Source: an uncultured Geobacter sp. | Lineage (GTDB): Bacteria > Desulfobacterota > Desulfuromonadia > Geobacterales > Pseudopelobacteraceae | DNA length: 64,000 nucleotides | NCBI GenBank assembly: GCA_964524835.1 | Contig: CAZGEG010000013.1 | Span: 56,927 to 120,926 of the forward strand | Direction of reading: 5' to 3' | In this document: piece by piece, positions 60,491-64,000 of the stretch | How positions within the stretch are numbered: position 1 is the stretch's first letter | Layout: every line of letters begins with the position of its first letter | Translations under genes and position numbers: made by a program | The notes under the pieces: model-generated | Seen by the model: only the letters and a program-made list of their open reading frames with translations | Database searches by the model: none | Told to the model about the DNA's origin: nothing

Positions 60491-61297
60491 TCAAAACAAC
60501 GGATGTTCAAAAGAAAGATATACAAGCCCGCCGTATTCTCCCTCCGATGGACCAATGCCAATAGGAATTGATAAGCCGGGAACAATCTGTAAACCGGATT
60601 TGCAGTTTATCGCTAAACGCACTCCGGGATTCACAAAAAACGTGCTTTCGGTCGATTTTACACCATTGATCGGCGCCGTCTCGGTGGTGGTGCCGGCCGC
60701 TTCAAGCATCAGATTGATGTTCTCCGTCGCCAGGTAAATCAGGCTGGCCCCGTAGTTGAATCCGCTGACATTCGACTTTATACCGGCAGCATCCTTGGCA
60801 TGGGGAGTAAAGGTCGCCCCCATGTTCCAGTGGGTGACGAATTTATTCGACAGCTCCACGCTCAAGGGGATGTTCACCTGGTAGCCGAAGGTGTCAGTCC
60901 CCAGTCCCTTTTTATAATCACCTGTAGGTAGAATGAGTGAAAAACGGGGAGCCAATGCGATTCCCTCCTTAAAGACGGCTTGATAACGATAATTCAGCTG
61001 AATGTCGCCAATTCCGGTCGTATCATTGTCATGCAGATGGGCAGCCGGTATGTTATATGAGAACTGATGTGCCTGTTTTGGCACTGGCCACTCCTGGATA
61101 AAAGTATATTGCCAGTCTTTTGATTTCTTATTGTATTGAAAGACCTGGATGTGTTGCACAACTCCGTCTTCCTGGTTGTAGGCTTCCTCCAGCAGAAATG
61201 AATTATCCTGGATTTTTTTAACCTCTTCCGCGAACCCGTAACTGCCAGATAGAACCAAACCAAGCACTGCATACGATAAAACTCTTAAAAATGACAT
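60491..61297 (-). CDS. outer-membrane beta-barrel of the MetA-pathway/phenol-degradation-like transporter family (tentative)
   Basis: Start moved to ATG 61297 (GGAGGG RBS). Signal peptide MSFLRVLSYAVLGLVLSGSYGFA. Ends ...VYLSFEHPLF. Confidence 0.65.
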   Translation of the reverse strand: MSFLRVLSYAVLGLVLSGSYGFAEEVKKIQDNSFLLEEAYNQEDGVVQHIQVFQYNKKSKDWQYTFIQEWPVPKQAHQFSYNIPAAHLHDNDTTGIGDIQLNYRYQAVFKEGIALAPRFSLILPTGDYKKGLGTDTFGYQVNIPLSVELSNKFVTHWNMGATFTPHAKDAAGIKSNVSGFNYGASLIYLATENINLMLEAAGTTTETAPINGVKSTESTFFVNPGVRLAINCKSGLQIVPGLSIPIGIGPSEGEYGGLVYLSFEHPLF

Positions 61298-61537
61298 TCT
61301 TCCCTCCACTGTTTTTTAATTGCTCGGATAACGAGCATTGTTGAACTCTATAATGAATCGGTTGCAATTATAGAAAAAACTAACTATAGGGCGTGAATCG
61401 ATTAATGGACCACCAGTAATTGAAGTTGACAGTAGTTATCGACTAGCTGTTTGTCAAGACTATTTTTCTCATAAAAAAGGGAGCCGTGATGGACCCCTTC
61501 TCATGCTACCGGAGTTTTTAGTTATTCCCCGGCCAAG

Positions 61538-61756
61538 TTATTTCTTCCCCCACAGCGGATCATCAGCGAATTGCATCCAGATTCGTTCTTCCGGGTTCTG
61601 CTCATAAAACTCATCCTCTGCAAAAGAGAAACGGTACGGTGAGACGTAGTCGCACACGATCCGATAGTCGGAGTTCACCAGCCCGGTCCAATCCGTATCA
61701 TCCGTATCATCCGTATCATCCGTATTACCGGCATCCGGGTGATGGTGTTTTGCCAG
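61538..61756 (-). pseudogene. start-less 72-codon open frame carrying a (DDT)n repeat; possible gene remnant
   Basis: Hand translation gives LAKHHHPDAGNTDDTDDTDDTDWTGLVNSDYRIVCDYVSPYRFSFAEDEFYEQNPEERIWMQFADDPLWGKK*. Bounded upstream by TAA. There is no ATG until codon 61. Confidence 0.25.
61691..61726. repeat. tandem 9-mer atccgtatc x3 plus one imperfect copy
   Basis: Read directly at 61691-61699, 61700-61708, 61709-61717 and 61718-61726 (atccgtatt). Confidence 0.95.
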
Positions 61757-61855
61757 TTACCGATGCCGGGCACTCCAGTAATTCTGTATAATTCAAACCA
61801 ACCAGATAGTTAGTAAAAAATAACTATTTGCCCATTGACAGATGTAACCCATTTT

Positions 61856-61874
61856 GATACTGATAATAAAAATC
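61856..61874. promoter_or_regulatory. Fur-box-like 19-mer
   Basis: GATACTGATAATAAAAATC matches GATAATGATAATCATTATC at 15 of 19 positions. TTGACA lies at 61835-61840, just upstream. Confidence 0.4.
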
Positions 61875-61948
61875 AAATCCGTTACTGTTCCTTTGGTTGA
61901 CATTTTTCAGCCAGAATACAAATTTGTGACATGATAGCTAAATATATT

Positions 61949-61980
61949 GCGCTGGGTGGATTCTTGCCCCGCTTTTTTTT
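61949..61980 (+). terminator. orphan terminator-like element (weak bulged stem + T8)
   Basis: gcgctggg...ccccgc followed by tttttttt (61973-61980). No annotated plus-strand gene ends here. Confidence 0.3.
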
Positions 61981-62069
61981 GATTATACGTTGATACGGGT
62001 ATTCGTTATCAATATAAACTCGACCGACTTTCGGCGGTCGTTACTACACTCTACCAAGGAGAAGCAACA

Positions 62070-63305
62070 ATGAAGAAAATGTTCACCCTGATCGCCACCG
62101 TTACCATTATGGCCACGGCCACCGCCCAGTCGAGGGCTGCTACCGTGGATGACCTGCAGAAGCAGGTGAATGACCTTGCCGGTGAAGTCAAGACATTGAA
62201 AAGCGAGAACCGCACTGAAGGAACTTTTGACGTGAATATTCGCCCCGCCGGGAAGAGAAGAACTCTGGGCAATACAATCTTCGGCGGTTACGGCGAATTT
62301 GATTACATCTCCAAGAAAAAAAACGGCAACGGCAAGGAAGGCAGTATTTACGATCCGCACCGGGTCGTCCTTTACGTCAAATCAGAGCTCAGCAACTGGA
62401 TCGACTTTTACTCTGAATTGGAGTGGGAGCATGGCGGAGACGGCAAAAACGGGAAAGTACCTCTCGAACAGGCGCAGCTTGATTTCAAATTCGCCAAGCC
62501 ATTTAACATCAAGGCGGGCGTGCTACTGGTACCGCTTGGCGCCATCAACCTCTACCACGAGCCGAACAACTTTTATTCGACCGAACGCCCCGACCTCGAT
62601 CGGATCCTGATACCGTCCACATGGCGCGAAATGGGCGCAAGCGTTCATGGTGCGTTGGGGGATAAGGTTAACTACGAACTTATGGTGCTCAATGGTCTCG
62701 ACGGTTCGCAGTTTTCCGCCGAGAACGGCATACGCGTCGGCAGGCAGGATCTGGATGCAGACATCAACCGGGACAAGGCGTTTGCCGGCCGTCTGGAGGT
62801 CAGGCCCATCACGAATCTATATACCAATTTTTCATTTTACACCGGAAACTCGGCAAAGAAAGGCACAGCTTACACCACCATTGGAGCCTTCGACGGCAAG
62901 TACCGGATCAACGACCTGGAACTGGCAGGTGAGTACGTGCATATCTACCAGGACGACCCGAAATCACTTGGCGCTGATGCCGCAAAGGGAGCAATCGGCA
63001 ATAACATGTCTGGTTACTGGATGGAAGGCGCCTATCACGTCATGCCGAAGAGTTTAAAGAAGGGTAGACTGGAAGAAGCCGACGCAGTTGTCTTCGCACG
63101 CTATTCACGCATTAATCCTCAAAACGGGGTAAGTAACGGGAGCGGCAAGTATGACCGGGAATACACAACGATTGGCCTCTCGTTCATGCCAGTAACTACA
63201 GTGGCAATAAAGGCCGACTACCAATGGTACGGCGACAACCGCGCAGCAGGAGAAAAGGCGCTGGATAACGACAAGTTCCAGATTACCGTGGGCTTCGTCT
63301 TCTAG
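62070..63305 (+). CDS. outer-membrane porin with N-terminal coiled coil (phosphate-selective porin O/P-like, tentative)
   Basis: Signal peptide ends AQS-RA. TVDDLQKQVNDLAGEVKTLKSEN coil, then beta-strands. C-terminal QITVGFVF. AAGGAG RBS. Confidence 0.7.
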   Translation: MKKMFTLIATVTIMATATAQSRAATVDDLQKQVNDLAGEVKTLKSENRTEGTFDVNIRPAGKRRTLGNTIFGGYGEFDYISKKKNGNGKEGSIYDPHRVVLYVKSELSNWIDFYSELEWEHGGDGKNGKVPLEQAQLDFKFAKPFNIKAGVLLVPLGAINLYHEPNNFYSTERPDLDRILIPSTWREMGASVHGALGDKVNYELMVLNGLDGSQFSAENGIRVGRQDLDADINRDKAFAGRLEVRPITNLYTNFSFYTGNSAKKGTAYTTIGAFDGKYRINDLELAGEYVHIYQDDPKSLGADAAKGAIGNNMSGYWMEGAYHVMPKSLKKGRLEEADAVVFARYSRINPQNGVSNGSGKYDREYTTIGLSFMPVTTVAIKADYQWYGDNRAAGEKALDNDKFQITVGFVF

Positions 63306-63332
63306 CCAGTTGTGCACTGCACATATAAAAGG

Positions 63333-63365
63333 GGCCGTCTAGCGAAAGCGTAGACGGCCTTTTTC
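63333..63365. terminator. bidirectional intrinsic terminator between convergent genes
   Basis: ggccgtcta / tagacggcc stem flanked by aaaagg on one side and cttttt on the other. Confidence 0.7.
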
Positions 63366-63431
63366 AGGTTGACGTAAGTTTTAATGCCGCAGAGAAGGTA
63401 CCCCTACGGCGATTCCACCCCATTCATTGCT

Positions 63432-64000
63432 TTATTTGCGCAACAACCGCAGCCCATTAGCCACCACAATCATGCTTGCTCCCATATCGGCAAAAACCGC
63501 CATCCACATGGTGGCATGACCCATGAGTGTAAGCCCGAGGAAAACTACCTTTATTCCCAGCGCCAAGGCAATGTTCTGCTTTAGTATCGCCGACGTGGTA
63601 CGTGAAAGTTGCACAAAGACAGCCACCTTGCGCAGGTCATCGTCCATCAGCGCTACATCGGCGGTTTCGATGGCGGTATCCGTGCCGGCAGCGCCCATAG
63701 CGAAACCCACGTCGGCGCGTGCCAATGCAGGGGCGTCATTGATGCCGTCCCCCACCATGCCAACTGTGCCGCCGTTACCCTGGAGCGTTTCGATAATGTT
63801 CAGTTTGTCTTCCGGCAGCAGACCGGCCCTGATCTCATCAATGCCTACTTTCCGGGCGATTGCTTCGGCAGTGTGCTGGTTATCGCCGGAGAGCATCATG
63901 GTGCGTACACCGAGCCGATGCAGGTCGGCGATGGCCTCGCGGCTTGACTCCTTGATCGTATCGGCAACGCCGAACAACGCCAAAGGCCGGGTATCATCCA
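63432..64000 (-). CDS. heavy-metal-translocating P1B-type ATPase, C-terminal part (N-terminus beyond window)
   Basis: VGMVGDGINDAPALARADVGFAMGAAGTDTAIETADVALMDDDLRKV plus the last two TM helices. Confidence 0.9.
   Translation of the reverse strand, partial: DDTRPLALFGVADTIKESSREAIADLHRLGVRTMMLSGDNQHTAEAIARKVGIDEIRAGLLPEDKLNIIETLQGNGGTVGMVGDGINDAPALARADVGFAMGAAGTDTAIETADVALMDDDLRKVAVFVQLSRTTSAILKQNIALALGIKVVFLGLTLMGHATMWMAVFADMGASMIVVANGLRLLRK

Noticed and set aside
61931-61993. 20-aa ORF MIAKYIALGGFLPRFFLIIR overlapping the orphan terminator.
   Set aside because: There is no Shine-Dalgarno sequence, and its hydrophobic tail is simply the translated T8 tract. It is kept only as a remote alternative to the sRNA or leader reading.

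Overview
This 64-kb chromosomal window comes from a Gram-negative bacterium. EF-Tu and ribosomal-protein sequences, sigma54 usage, an OmpJ-like porin and selenium genes suggest a Desulfuromonadales/Geobacter-like lineage, but that assignment is only an inference. All coordinates were indexed by hand and no computation was run.

Contents from start to end:
- **1-3.9 kb:** a co-directional selenium cluster (DUF554 membrane protein, selD, yedF-like, small membrane protein, selU).
- **4-9.2 kb:** envelope and stress genes. These include a sigma54-driven micro-ORF with DUF4398 and OmpA lipoproteins, a TPR protein, a CXXCH four-helix cytochrome and Cu/Zn SOD.
- **9.3-13.6 kb:** a clearly AT-richer islet with no integrase. 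It carries higBA, three co-oriented envelope proteins (Zn-ribbon membrane protein, DUF4124-retropepsin protease, secreted CxxC glutaredoxin-like protein) and a 670-bp non-coding array of iteron-like palindromes.
- **13.6-25.9 kb:** a GC-rich leucine/isovalerate (liu) catabolic operon, extended by an acyl-CoA ligase, an MFS transporter and a MaoC hydratase.
- **26-34.4 kb:** a LIV-type ABC operon with an embedded acyl-CoA ligase, followed by a USP and a MerR regulator.
- **34.5-53.6 kb:** the complete str-S10-spc-alpha ribosomal supercluster (rpsL to rplQ, including tuf, fusA, secY, adk, map and rpoA). rpmD and rpmJ were found by hand.
- **54-64 kb:** an EamA transporter, a polar amino-acid ABC system, three outer-membrane beta-barrels, an orphan binding protein and the 3' part of a heavy-metal P-type ATPase.

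I recognised no rRNA, tRNA, CRISPR array, transposase or integrase. The most interesting signals are:
- the low-GC islet with its envelope trio and iteron array
- the selenium cluster with two unassigned membrane proteins
- a shared CCTTACGT operator motif linking the liu and liv promoters
- a family of about 115-nt TCACGC...GCGTGA hairpin elements
- a Fur-like box with an orphan terminator upstream of a porin gene that lies just before (convergent with) the metal ATPase gene
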